Part shown: one piece after another, positions 15,480 to 23,644 of the stretch
Layout of the letters: every line of letters starts with the position of its first letter
Numbering within the stretch: position 1 is the first letter of the stretch
From: a bacterium
GTDB taxonomy: Bacteria > JBBIVP01
Reading direction: 5' to 3'
Length of the DNA: 35,692 bases
NCBI GenBank assembly: GCA_037439705.1
Contig: JBBIVP010000002.1
Span: forward strand, 1-35,692
Made by a program: the position numbers and the translations under genes
Notes under the pieces: generated by a model
Database searches by the model: none
Told to the model about the DNA's origin: nothing
Seen by the model: the letters and a program-made list of their open reading frames with translations, nothing else

Positions 15480-16690
15480 GCCTCACCCCTCTTCAAAATA
15501 ATTCTTATAAAAACTGCTGTAATAAAGACCATTAAAACTGGATAGATGAGGAAGTTTCCTTTAGAATAATTGCAACCAAACATACCACCGCCTCCTCCTT
15601 CTGTTGATGGCTCACCTCCACCGCATTCCTCATCTATCATAACCATATTAACAGGTGGAATTGGTTGAACAACGCCATTTCCAGGGGTTGATGGAAGGGA
15701 ACCATCGCAGTAATTTGCTCCTGATTGTCCAGGCAAGTTCCATCCAAGAACTATCCGCGCAGCACCTCCTCCTTCATAGTATTCCAGAAGGAATGCATGA
15801 GGACCCCTTGTCAAACTAACATTATTTGAAGACCATTCAGTAGAACTCTGAGTTATCCACTTGTCAATAAGGAGTTCAAGTTCTCCATCATCATTCGTAT
15901 CAAGGTAGAACCGAACCCCGTCATCTGATACAGTGCAGAACCTGTATGTTCCATCAGATGGTGCAATTATCATTCCTGTGAAGCGAACAGAAAAATTATC
16001 AACAAGCCCAACGCATCCACCCTCTGTTGTTGTATCCCAGAATGGATATTCAGCTGATGGAAATGTTATGATGTATGCATATCTGTAGAAGGAAAGGGAA
16101 TTGAAGTTCGTTCCAGAATAAACCTTCATCCTCACACCCTGAGCCATAAATCTATCATAGGGGAGTGGATATACCTTTCCTGGTGGGGCTGGTTGGTTCC
16201 ATCCAAATGTAGCACTTGCAGAAGCTGACTGTTCATAGTAATCAAGAAGTAATAAATGATAACCGAGGGATGGGCTCACTGTGACGCTACACTCTGTTGC
16301 CCCTTTATCCCTCCAGCAATTTGAGCCATCTGAAAATGTCATCAGTGTTCCATCTAAATACCCCCTCACCCCATCATCAGTTGTTCCGTAAAAGGTATGA
16401 GAGCCACTTCCATAAAATACAGCCCTCCACCTTATTGCAAACTCATTAATTTTGTCAAGTAGTGCATAAGGACCTTCACCCCATACTTAGGCTATTGATG
16501 CAGGCCATAGTCTCTGGGCTGTAAGGTTGGCTGGTTGAATAGGATTAACGCCCGGAGCGTCACCTGAATATGAATACCCCTCCTCCACATAACCAAGAAC
16601 AAGGTTTTTGTATTCGCAATCACCAGCAGTAAAGGAAAAGCTATTTTTCACAAAAAAGAGAACAATTCCTATCAAAAATACCCTTTTCAT
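15476..16690 (-). pseudogene. Paralogous two-PA14-domain secreted protein with the same C-terminal tail type, interrupted by one in-frame TAA (16487..16489)
   Basis: Track fragments 16487..16690 (signal peptide + GDCEY...) and 15476..16369 are in the same frame. The 117 nt between them translate VWGEGPYALLDKINEFAIRWRAVFYGSGSHTFYGTTDDGVR, completing the first PA14 domain. The tail is GGGGGMFGC (Cys codon 15572..15574) plus 31 aa (TM helix, KRGEA). ATGA overlap with the next PA14 gene. Confidence 0.75.
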
Positions 16691-16716
16691 CTTTTCCTCC
16701 TTTTTTCATTGAAATA

Positions 16717-16745
16717 ATTATACCCCAATTTTTAGGAATTGTCAA
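16717..16745 (-). promoter_or_regulatory. Consensus sigma70 promoter of the PA14-PA14-lgt operon
   Basis: Reverse strand: TTGACA (16745..16740) - 17 nt - TATAAT (16722..16717), then GGAGG (16700..16696) and the ATG at 16690. Confidence 0.55.
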
Positions 16746-16765
16746 GTTGGCGGCAGCCGATTCTC

Positions 16766-16794
16766 TTGACTTATACCTGAAAACGATATAAAAT
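16766..16794 (+). promoter_or_regulatory. Sigma70-like promoter of the lipoprotein / 657-aa protein operon
   Basis: TTGACT (16766..16771) - 17 nt - TAAAAT (16789..16794), then GGGAGG (16808..16813) and the ATG at 16821. Confidence 0.5.
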
Positions 16795-16820
16795 AATCAA
16801 AAAAATAGGGAGGTGCAGAG

Positions 16821-16967
16821 ATGAAGAAAGGCAGATGGAAAAAGGCGGTAGTAGGAGTGGGAATGGTACTTGCCCTTTTAATAGGGGCAGGATGCGGAAA
16901 AGGGAAAGAGGGGAACACAGGCAAGGTGCGGGTGATTGGAACCTCAAACCAGCCTGTGCAGAAATAA
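16821..16967 (+). CDS. Small (48 aa) putative lipoprotein
   Basis: Below the track length cut-off. GGGAGG lies 7 nt upstream. MKKGRWKKAVVGVGMVLALLIGAGC-GKGKEG... has a positive N-region, a hydrophobic core and a lipobox-like IGAGC. The stop is at 16965..16967, 21 nt before the next ATG. Confidence 0.55.
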   Translation: MKKGRWKKAVVGVGMVLALLIGAGCGKGKEGNTGKVRVIGTSNQPVQK

Positions 16968-16988
16968 TCAACAAAAGGAGGTAGAAAG

Positions 16989-18962
16989 ATGAAGAAAAAA
17001 GGTATGCTCATAGTGTATGGGGTAATACTTTCTGGCTTTGCCCTCTTCTTCCTCCAGAAACCAAAAGCGGAAAGCCCGATTTCAATAAAAATAACCCTCT
17101 TGAAAACCGAACTCCTCGCGGATAAAACCGCTGAACCATTGGTTGTGATAGAAGATGCGAATGGCATAGAGGCTGATCTTGTAAATAATCCAAACTCAGT
17201 ATTTGGAGAAGGAGAGGTCCCTGCCGGAGAATACAAAAGGATAAAACTGACCCTGAAAAACAGAATAATCTATTCAGGACCAAATCCATGCGGTGGAAAT
17301 GCAATTCAAGACGAAAAAGTTCTCATAGATTCTCAAAAATCTGAGGATGAAGCCGTTGAACTCTATTTTGCAACCGCTGATGACGGAGGAGACACAGGAT
17401 GGGTAGCAAATGGAACAGCAGACCATCCATTATTTATACAGAATCCAATAAATGTTGAAGCAGACCTGTCAACAGTTGTTAAACTCATATTTAACACCGC
17501 AAATACCCTTCAGTGCATAGGAAATTCGCCTGTTTTGATTCCACCCACAATATCAATAGTTAACTATGTTGAAAAACCCGCCCTCAGCACCTGCCAGTTT
17601 CCAGCAGAATACTGGTTCACCCATTTCAACATCTCAACAGGAATTTACGATGAAAATGGACAAAGAATAGACCCAACCCTTCAAAACTTATTTGGTAACA
17701 CAACAGTTGTTTCTGGATGGGGAATGGTTACTTTTGGAGCACCTGACCAGAACGGAGTGGGCTCATGGTATATCTATCCCGGAAAAAAGGCGGAAGATGG
17801 CGGAATGGCTGAACACAGGCATAACCTTGCTCGTTACTGCACAGAATCACAATGTGAAGATGGGTATCACAATCCGACCCAGCCCGATGCAGGAAATCAG
17901 CCATTTGGTGGAATCAATACCATTACAGGAAATAAGGTCGTAATGAGCATGGGAGAGAATAGCATTGAAGGATACTTATCTGATGACTGCTCAGTATTTA
18001 TTGGATTGAACATATCAAGTGATAGTGATAACGATACGGTATTTGCAGTAAAAAAATCTCAATTTAGTTCATTGCCAAAAGAAAAAATTGCTGTGCTCAC
18101 ACAAAGGGTAGAAATCAAATACAACGACCTGACCAATAAAACAGACATGTTCTGGACATCGCTTGAGTTGACAATTCTTGATTTAACCAAAACACCTCTA
18201 AAAACCCTTTCATGGATGTCCATGAATCACCTCGATACGGAGTATGATGAAAATGGCCTCCTGAAAAACTGGAAAATAAACGAGCCCGGAGAGAAGGTTG
18301 ATAGCTTCTCCGCCGAGTCATTCCCATTTTCAATCAGTGATAACGGGATTTTAACCGGACAGGGAATGGATAGTTTCATTGCTCTCGGTGCAAACAATAA
18401 CGGAATAGTTGCTGGAGCAAATGTGGAAGTAAATCCTACTTACGAGAATCATGTTATAAACAGTGCCTTTATAATGAGCTTTGATGAATCCCCATCTATC
18501 TCGGATCTCAACGGAAAATGGATGATTGTTATAAGGAACTCATTGGTGGAACCGGCAAACGATGGATGGTATACAGGAGATGAAAATGCAAAGTACGGAA
18601 TTGAATATGGGATGGTTGAAATAGAGAATGGAAGGGTTAAGTCAAAAAGCTTCACATACAGGGATATATTCACCGGAGACATGACCTCAGATGTTGGAAG
18701 CGAAGAAACTTTAGAACTTGTATCTGAATGCTATGAAGAGGGAAAACCATTAACCACGAGCCCATGCAACGGAATATCGCTCAATGTCTTTAAAATCATA
18801 GGAACCGATGAAAGAACAATAGGAAGAATTGCGCTTGATAAAACCAAAAAGATAATCCTTATGTGGGCACCAATTGACCTTGATGATACTCCAAAAGAAG
18901 AAGAAGAACACAAAGGCGGAAATCAGAACCAATCATTTGGAGTGGGTATAAAGGTAGAATAA
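16989..18962 (+). CDS. Large secreted protein of unknown function (657 aa); N-terminal beta-sandwich possibly DUF4382-like
   Basis: AAAGGAGG 7 nt upstream. Signal peptide MKKKGMLIVYGVILSGFALFFLQKPKA. The pattern ...GIEADLVNNPNSVFGEGEVPAGEYKRIKLTL... is reminiscent of DUF4382 (from memory). No catalytic motif recognised. A terminator follows. Confidence 0.7.
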   Translation: MKKKGMLIVYGVILSGFALFFLQKPKAESPISIKITLLKTELLADKTAEPLVVIEDANGIEADLVNNPNSVFGEGEVPAGEYKRIKLTLKNRIIYSGPNPCGGNAIQDEKVLIDSQKSEDEAVELYFATADDGGDTGWVANGTADHPLFIQNPINVEADLSTVVKLIFNTANTLQCIGNSPVLIPPTISIVNYVEKPALSTCQFPAEYWFTHFNISTGIYDENGQRIDPTLQNLFGNTTVVSGWGMVTFGAPDQNGVGSWYIYPGKKAEDGGMAEHRHNLARYCTESQCEDGYHNPTQPDAGNQPFGGINTITGNKVVMSMGENSIEGYLSDDCSVFIGLNISSDSDNDTVFAVKKSQFSSLPKEKIAVLTQRVEIKYNDLTNKTDMFWTSLELTILDLTKTPLKTLSWMSMNHLDTEYDENGLLKNWKINEPGEKVDSFSAESFPFSISDNGILTGQGMDSFIALGANNNGIVAGANVEVNPTYENHVINSAFIMSFDESPSISDLNGKWMIVIRNSLVEPANDGWYTGDENAKYGIEYGMVEIENGRVKSKSFTYRDIFTGDMTSDVGSEETLELVSECYEEGKPLTTSPCNGISLNVFKIIGTDERTIGRIALDKTKKIILMWAPIDLDDTPKEEEEHKGGNQNQSFGVGIKVE

Positions 18963-18971
18963 AAATCCTTT

Positions 18972-19005
18972 GGGGGATCCTGACCGAGGGTCCCCCCTTT
19001 TCTCT
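18972..19005 (+). terminator. Rho-independent terminator
   Basis: Stem GGGGGATCC (18972..18980), loop TGACCGA, stem GGGTCCCCC (18988..18996; one G-U pair), then CTTTTCTCT. Starts 10 nt after the stop codon. Confidence 0.6.
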
Positions 19006-19045
19006 AAAATTTTATTTTTGTTAGAAAATAAGATATAATAAATAA

Positions 19046-19618
19046 ATGAAGCCTTCTTCTATGAAAAGAGCATACTGTCCAAGCTGTGGAGAAGAGGTTG
19101 ATGTATTCGTTATGATTGCTGGTGGAGAGGAAAGACCACATTGTTCACAGTGCGGTCTCCTTCTGGATGAGAAATCATTAGAAGAAAAAAAAAGAACACT
19201 TGAAAATGTATTCATTGCAGAGGATTCCTATTCTCTAAGAAGTGCCCTGTCAGAAATCCTCATTTCAAGAAAAATTGCAAAAAATGTGATTGAAGCAGGA
19301 GATGGAAGGGAATTTCTCGCAAAGGTAACAGAGGCTTTCAAGAAAGATATGAATGTAAGCCTTGCTATACTTGATGTAAACATGCCAAATATTGATGGAA
19401 TAAATGCTGCAAAAACTCTTAGAGTCCTTGAAGACGGTTTCAGAAGGAATTCAAGAATACCAATACTATTCTTTTCCGTAGTCCCATGCGATGAAAACTT
19501 CAAGAAATTCCTCCAGCTTTTAACACCTTCTGCCTACCTCAACAAGGGTAAGGAAGGAACTCCTGAAAAACTTGCTGAAAGGGTTTATCAGATAATAAAG
19601 AGACTCCTTGAAAAATGA
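19046..19618 (+). CDS. Single-domain response regulator (CheY-like receiver) with an N-terminal zinc ribbon
   Basis: CPSCGEE...CSQCG ribbon. The receiver has FIAEDS, LAILDVNMPNIDG (phospho-Asp), ILFFSV and YLNKG (conserved Lys). No output domain. Confidence 0.8.
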   Translation: MKPSSMKRAYCPSCGEEVDVFVMIAGGEERPHCSQCGLLLDEKSLEEKKRTLENVFIAEDSYSLRSALSEILISRKIAKNVIEAGDGREFLAKVTEAFKKDMNVSLAILDVNMPNIDGINAAKTLRVLEDGFRRNSRIPILFFSVVPCDENFKKFLQLLTPSAYLNKGKEGTPEKLAERVYQIIKRLLEK

Positions 19619-20247
19619 AAAAACTAATTTTAATTTTTCTTTTGATTTCTTCCACACTCCATGCGGACAAAAAAAAGTCTCCCGAAGAACTGTACAATGA
19701 AGGGGTCAAGAGATTAAGCGGAGGTGCTTTCAGGGAAGACCCTGACAGAGCCATTGAGATTTTCAGAGAAATAATGGAACTGTATCCTGAAAGTGAGTAT
19801 GCGGTCCTTGCGGAAATAGGAATAGGAGATGCCTATTACAAAAAAAAGGAATACCTTTCAGCAGTGGAAATTTATAAAGGATTTTATGAGAAAAGACCCG
19901 ACTACCAAAATGCGGATTACATTCTCTTCAGAATAGGCGAGTGCTTTTACAAACTCACACCTTCTTATGACAGAGACATTACGCCTGCACATCATGGAAT
20001 TCTCTATCTGAATACGCTCATAAAAAAATACCCTGCATCAATATATAGAGAAAAGGCTGAGAAGATGATAAAAGACCTCAAAAACAAAATAGCAAAAAGG
20101 GAACTCATGATTGGAGAATTTTACCTAAAAAGAGGTGACCTGGGTTCAGCAAAAAAACATTTTGAAAGCCTTCTTGAAGTTGCTGATGACCCTTTACTCA
20201 AAGAAAAGGCGGAAAGATATCTAAAAAGAATAAGTGAGGAAAAGTAG
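19615..20247 (+). CDS. bamD: BamD/YfiO-like TPR protein (outer membrane protein assembly factor)
   Basis: Signal peptide, then the BamD-like TPR pattern: ELYNEG...AIEIFREIMELYPESEYA...AYYKKKEY..., DRDITPA..., LIKKYPASIYREKA..., IGEFYLKRGDLGSA. No lipobox Cys, so the symbol is tentative. Confidence 0.65.
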   Translation: MKKLILIFLLISSTLHADKKKSPEELYNEGVKRLSGGAFREDPDRAIEIFREIMELYPESEYAVLAEIGIGDAYYKKKEYLSAVEIYKGFYEKRPDYQNADYILFRIGECFYKLTPSYDRDITPAHHGILYLNTLIKKYPASIYREKAEKMIKDLKNKIAKRELMIGEFYLKRGDLGSAKKHFESLLEVADDPLLKEKAERYLKRISEEK

Positions 20248-20996
20248 TGCCTGAACTTAATATAGGAGGAAATAAAATTTACTACAGGGAGAACAAAGGA
20301 CATTCCATACCGGTTATTTTTATTCACGGTGCTGGGGGCAACGGAAGTCTGTGGGGATATGTGCTCAAAAATCTGAAAGGAATTCATGCGATTGCACCAG
20401 ACCTTCCCTGGCACGGAGAATCATCAGGAAACCCTTTTGGAGAAATTTCCAGTTATGCAGACTTTGTCCATCAATTTATAACAGAAAAGGGGATTGAAAA
20501 ATGCGTTCTTGCCGGACATTCCATGGGTGGAGCAATCACTCTTGAACTCGCTGTAAAAGAAAAACCCTATTTAAAGGGAATAGTTCTTATTTCTACTGGA
20601 GCAAAACTGAGAGTCTCTCCATTAGTGTTTGAAAGCCTTTCAAATCTTGAATCACACATAGACGAATTTACGAGTTTTCTCTTAAAAGATGAAAACCTGA
20701 AATCCCTCATGAAGGATGCACTGCTAAAAAGTGGAGCAGGTGTTTTAAAAGCGGATTTTACAGCCTGCAACAGATTTGACCTTATGGAAAAAATATCGGA
20801 AATAAAAATTCCAGCCCTTATTCTTTGTGGAGACAATGATTTCATGACCCCTCTCAAATACTCAGAATACATGCATGAAAAAATAAAAAATTCAAGGCTC
20901 GTTCCTGTCAGTGGTGCAGGACACATGCTCATGCTTGAAGCTCCCGAACTTGTAGCGGAAGAAATAACTTTTTTTATAAGAGACCTTAATGCCTGA
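20247..20996 (+). CDS. Alpha/beta hydrolase
   Basis: HGAGGNGSLW oxyanion region, GHSMGG nucleophile elbow, and C-terminal GAGHMLMLE. The GTG start overlaps the preceding TAG. Confidence 0.8.
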   Translation: MPELNIGGNKIYYRENKGHSIPVIFIHGAGGNGSLWGYVLKNLKGIHAIAPDLPWHGESSGNPFGEISSYADFVHQFITEKGIEKCVLAGHSMGGAITLELAVKEKPYLKGIVLISTGAKLRVSPLVFESLSNLESHIDEFTSFLLKDENLKSLMKDALLKSGAGVLKADFTACNRFDLMEKISEIKIPALILCGDNDFMTPLKYSEYMHEKIKNSRLVPVSGAGHMLMLEAPELVAEEITFFIRDLNA

Positions 20997-22362
20997 AAAA
21001 GGATTTGGACGGATAATAGCACTTTTTGGAAAAAGGGCACTTTATTCTACAGAAGACCTTCTTATATATTCCTTTGATGCCACAAAAATGAGGGGAGCTC
21101 CACACCTTGTAGTTTATCCTGAAGACGAAAAAGAGGTTGCTGAACTTGCAAAAATTGCTTCGGAATATGAAATTCCTCTCATCCCAAGGGGAGCGGGAAG
21201 TGGATTTGCGGGAGGAAGTGTGCCATCTGAAAAAGGAGGAGTAATTGTATCAACAGAAAGCATGAGGAAAATAAAGGATATAGATGAAAAAAATATGATA
21301 GCCATTGTTGAGCCTGGGGTTATAACAGGAGACTTTCACAAAACGGTTGAAAAGATGAACCTGTTCTATCCACCTGACCCTGCAAGCCTTGAATTCTCAA
21401 CCCTCGGAGGAAATGTGTCAACAAATGCAGGAGGATTGAGAGCAGTTAAATACGGAGTAACAAGGGACTATGTATTATCGTTGAAAGTGGTGCTCGCTGA
21501 TGGCTCAACAATACGAACAAGGGCCCTTACAATCAAAGATGTCTCAGGATATGACATAACCGGATTATTTGTTGGAGCGGAGGGCACACTCGGATTTGTT
21601 TCTGAAATAGCGCTCAAACTCCTCCCCAAGCCCGAAAGAAAAGCAACACTTCTTGCCACCTTTCGCTCCGTTGTGGATGCCATAAATGCTGGAATAGAAA
21701 TAATAAAAAGTGGAGTCCTTCCAGCCACCATGGAATTTATGGACAGAACCGCCATTGACCTCGTGCGTTCCGTTTCCTCAATTGAAATTCCAGAAGGGAC
21801 ATCATCCGCCCTTCTTCTTGAAGATGATTGCTTTGAAGAAGCGGTTTTAAGGAGTTTAAAAATAATGAAAGAAGTATGTCTCAAAAACGGAGCGATAGAA
21901 GCAGATGGAACAATTGAAAAAGAAAAGGCAGATGAAATGTGGAAGATAAGGAGAAATATCTCTCCAGCCCTTGCAAAAATCGCCCCCTTCAGGTTAAATC
22001 AGGATGTGGTCGTGTTGAGAACAAGCATCCATGAACTGTTAAAAAGGGCTGAATCCATTGCAAATTCAAAGAACCTCAAAATTGTGAACTTCGGGCACAT
22101 GGGAGATGGAAACATCCATGTCAACTTCCTTTTCAGGAATAAAGAGGAAGAGAAAATTGCAAAAGATGCGGTAAGTGAACTTTTGAAAGAGGTTGTTGAA
22201 CTCAAGGGTAGCATTACGGGTGAACATGGCGTTGGAATGGCAAAACTCCTTTTCATCAAACAATTCATGCCAGAAAGGATGATAAAAATTATGATAGGAA
22301 TAAAAAGCGTCTTTGACCCCAAAAATATATTCAACCCGGGCAAAGTAATTCCCGATGACTAA
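20989..22362 (+). CDS. FAD-linked oxidase (GlcD / D-lactate dehydrogenase family)
   Basis: FAD-binding PCMH-type pattern (IPRGAGSGFAGGSVP, GVITGDF, PPDPAS, STLGGNVSTNAGG) and C-terminal GSITGEHGVG. Confidence 0.85.
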   Translation: MPEKGFGRIIALFGKRALYSTEDLLIYSFDATKMRGAPHLVVYPEDEKEVAELAKIASEYEIPLIPRGAGSGFAGGSVPSEKGGVIVSTESMRKIKDIDEKNMIAIVEPGVITGDFHKTVEKMNLFYPPDPASLEFSTLGGNVSTNAGGLRAVKYGVTRDYVLSLKVVLADGSTIRTRALTIKDVSGYDITGLFVGAEGTLGFVSEIALKLLPKPERKATLLATFRSVVDAINAGIEIIKSGVLPATMEFMDRTAIDLVRSVSSIEIPEGTSSALLLEDDCFEEAVLRSLKIMKEVCLKNGAIEADGTIEKEKADEMWKIRRNISPALAKIAPFRLNQDVVVLRTSIHELLKRAESIANSKNLKIVNFGHMGDGNIHVNFLFRNKEEEKIAKDAVSELLKEVVELKGSITGEHGVGMAKLLFIKQFMPERMIKIMIGIKSVFDPKNIFNPGKVIPDD

Positions 22363-23635
22363 ATCCGAACTTTTTGAATACCTGCGCAATTATGTGGCCA
22401 TCAACCTGTATATATGTGCAAAGTGCGGACAGTGCAGAATTTTATGCCCCGTATATGAAAGCACGGGAAAAGAATTTTCAACGGCCAGAGCAAAAGTAGC
22501 ATTACTGGAAGCAGTTACCTTTACCGATTTTATACCTGGAAAAAGATTTTACGAAATAATGTCTCAGTGCACAACCTGCATGGGATGCAAGGAAAAATGC
22601 ACCAATGAAGTCCGCATGGACCTTCTGATAGCCTTCGGAAGGTTTATATGGAGTGAGAAAAATGGTTCTGTATTCCTGCCAGTTTTTTTTGAAATTCTGA
22701 AAAACTCAAAAAGACTGGAGTTCATTCTTAAAATTTTCAGACCATTTCAAAATCTCCTTCTCAACGGTAACTCTCCAAAGTTCAAGAAATTGTTGAAAAG
22801 GAATTACCTTCCAAGAATAAAAGAAAAATTTTTGAGGGAAGAATTCAATGGACTAATTATAAAAGCAGAAAAGGAAAGGGGAAGGGTTATTTTCTTTCCG
22901 GGATGTTTTCTTGATTTTTTCTTTCCAGAAATAGGCTCTTCTGTAATAGAACTCCTGACCTCATTCGGAATAAGCGTTGTGTTGCCGAAAAATTGGTCAT
23001 GCTGTGGCATTCCTGCAATTGGCTTCGGAGAACTTATGAGTGCATACAGAATGGCTTCAGAAAACGCTAAAATTTTTGAAAAAATGGGGGGAGATCTGAT
23101 AATTACGGCCTGCGGTTCATGCGGAGCAACTCTAAAAGACCATGCCCCGCTTCTTTTTGGCTGGAAGGACAAAAGAATAGAAAACACAGGCAAAAGGGTA
23201 AAAGACATTATGGAACTTATTTATTCCGATAATGAATTTCAAAAAATAAAGGAGTTCCAAACAAATTCAGTAAAGGCGGTTTACCATCCTTCCTGTCATC
23301 TTAAGAGGGGAATGGAGGTTCACAGAGAAGTTATTGAGGTTCTGAAATATCTAAAGAATTTAAAACTTACAGAGATGGAAGAAAAATGCTGTGGATTTGG
23401 TGGCAGTTTTAATATAAGGTGGTATGATTTTTCCGTAGAAATAGGAGAAAGAAGGATAGAATACATAAAATATGACCCTCCGGATTACCTTCTCACAGGC
23501 TCACCGGGTTGTATGATGCAGTTCAGGGATGTTCTTTCAAAAGCTGGATTAAAAACCGAGGTAACCCATCCTGTAGTTTTACTCTTGAAGGAAATTAAGA
23601 AAAATTTTTCTTCTCCTGCGATTACCGGTACCTGA
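22355..23635 (+). CDS. Fe-S oxidoreductase with two 4Fe-4S motifs and two CCG domains (GlcF/HdrD-like partner of the oxidase)
   Basis: CAKCGQCRILCP and CTTCMGCKEKC ferredoxin motifs. CCG motifs WSCCGIPA and EKCCGFGG. 8-nt overlap with the upstream oxidase gene. Confidence 0.85.
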   Translation: MTKSELFEYLRNYVAINLYICAKCGQCRILCPVYESTGKEFSTARAKVALLEAVTFTDFIPGKRFYEIMSQCTTCMGCKEKCTNEVRMDLLIAFGRFIWSEKNGSVFLPVFFEILKNSKRLEFILKIFRPFQNLLLNGNSPKFKKLLKRNYLPRIKEKFLREEFNGLIIKAEKERGRVIFFPGCFLDFFFPEIGSSVIELLTSFGISVVLPKNWSCCGIPAIGFGELMSAYRMASENAKIFEKMGGDLIITACGSCGATLKDHAPLLFGWKDKRIENTGKRVKDIMELIYSDNEFQKIKEFQTNSVKAVYHPSCHLKRGMEVHREVIEVLKYLKNLKLTEMEEKCCGFGGSFNIRWYDFSVEIGERRIEYIKYDPPDYLLTGSPGCMMQFRDVLSKAGLKTEVTHPVVLLLKEIKKNFSSPAITGT

Positions 23636-23644
23636 AAAAAGAAC

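Noticed and set aside
16742-17236. 164-aa minus-strand ORF spanning the divergent promoter region, the small lipoprotein gene and the 5' end of the 657-aa gene
   Set aside because: It is antisense to two plus-strand genes that have Shine-Dalgarno sequences and signal peptides, and it runs across both promoters. Its product is Pro/Ser/Phe-rich low-complexity sequence typical of antisense frames.
20567-23208. Long antisense ORFs 20567..21040, 21468..21884, 21999..22343 and 22804..23208 (114-157 aa)
   Set aside because: Each lies fully inside, and opposite to, a plus-strand gene with clear family motifs (hydrolase, FAD oxidase, Fe-S protein). Their products are Ser/Phe/Leu-rich with no recognisable motifs.
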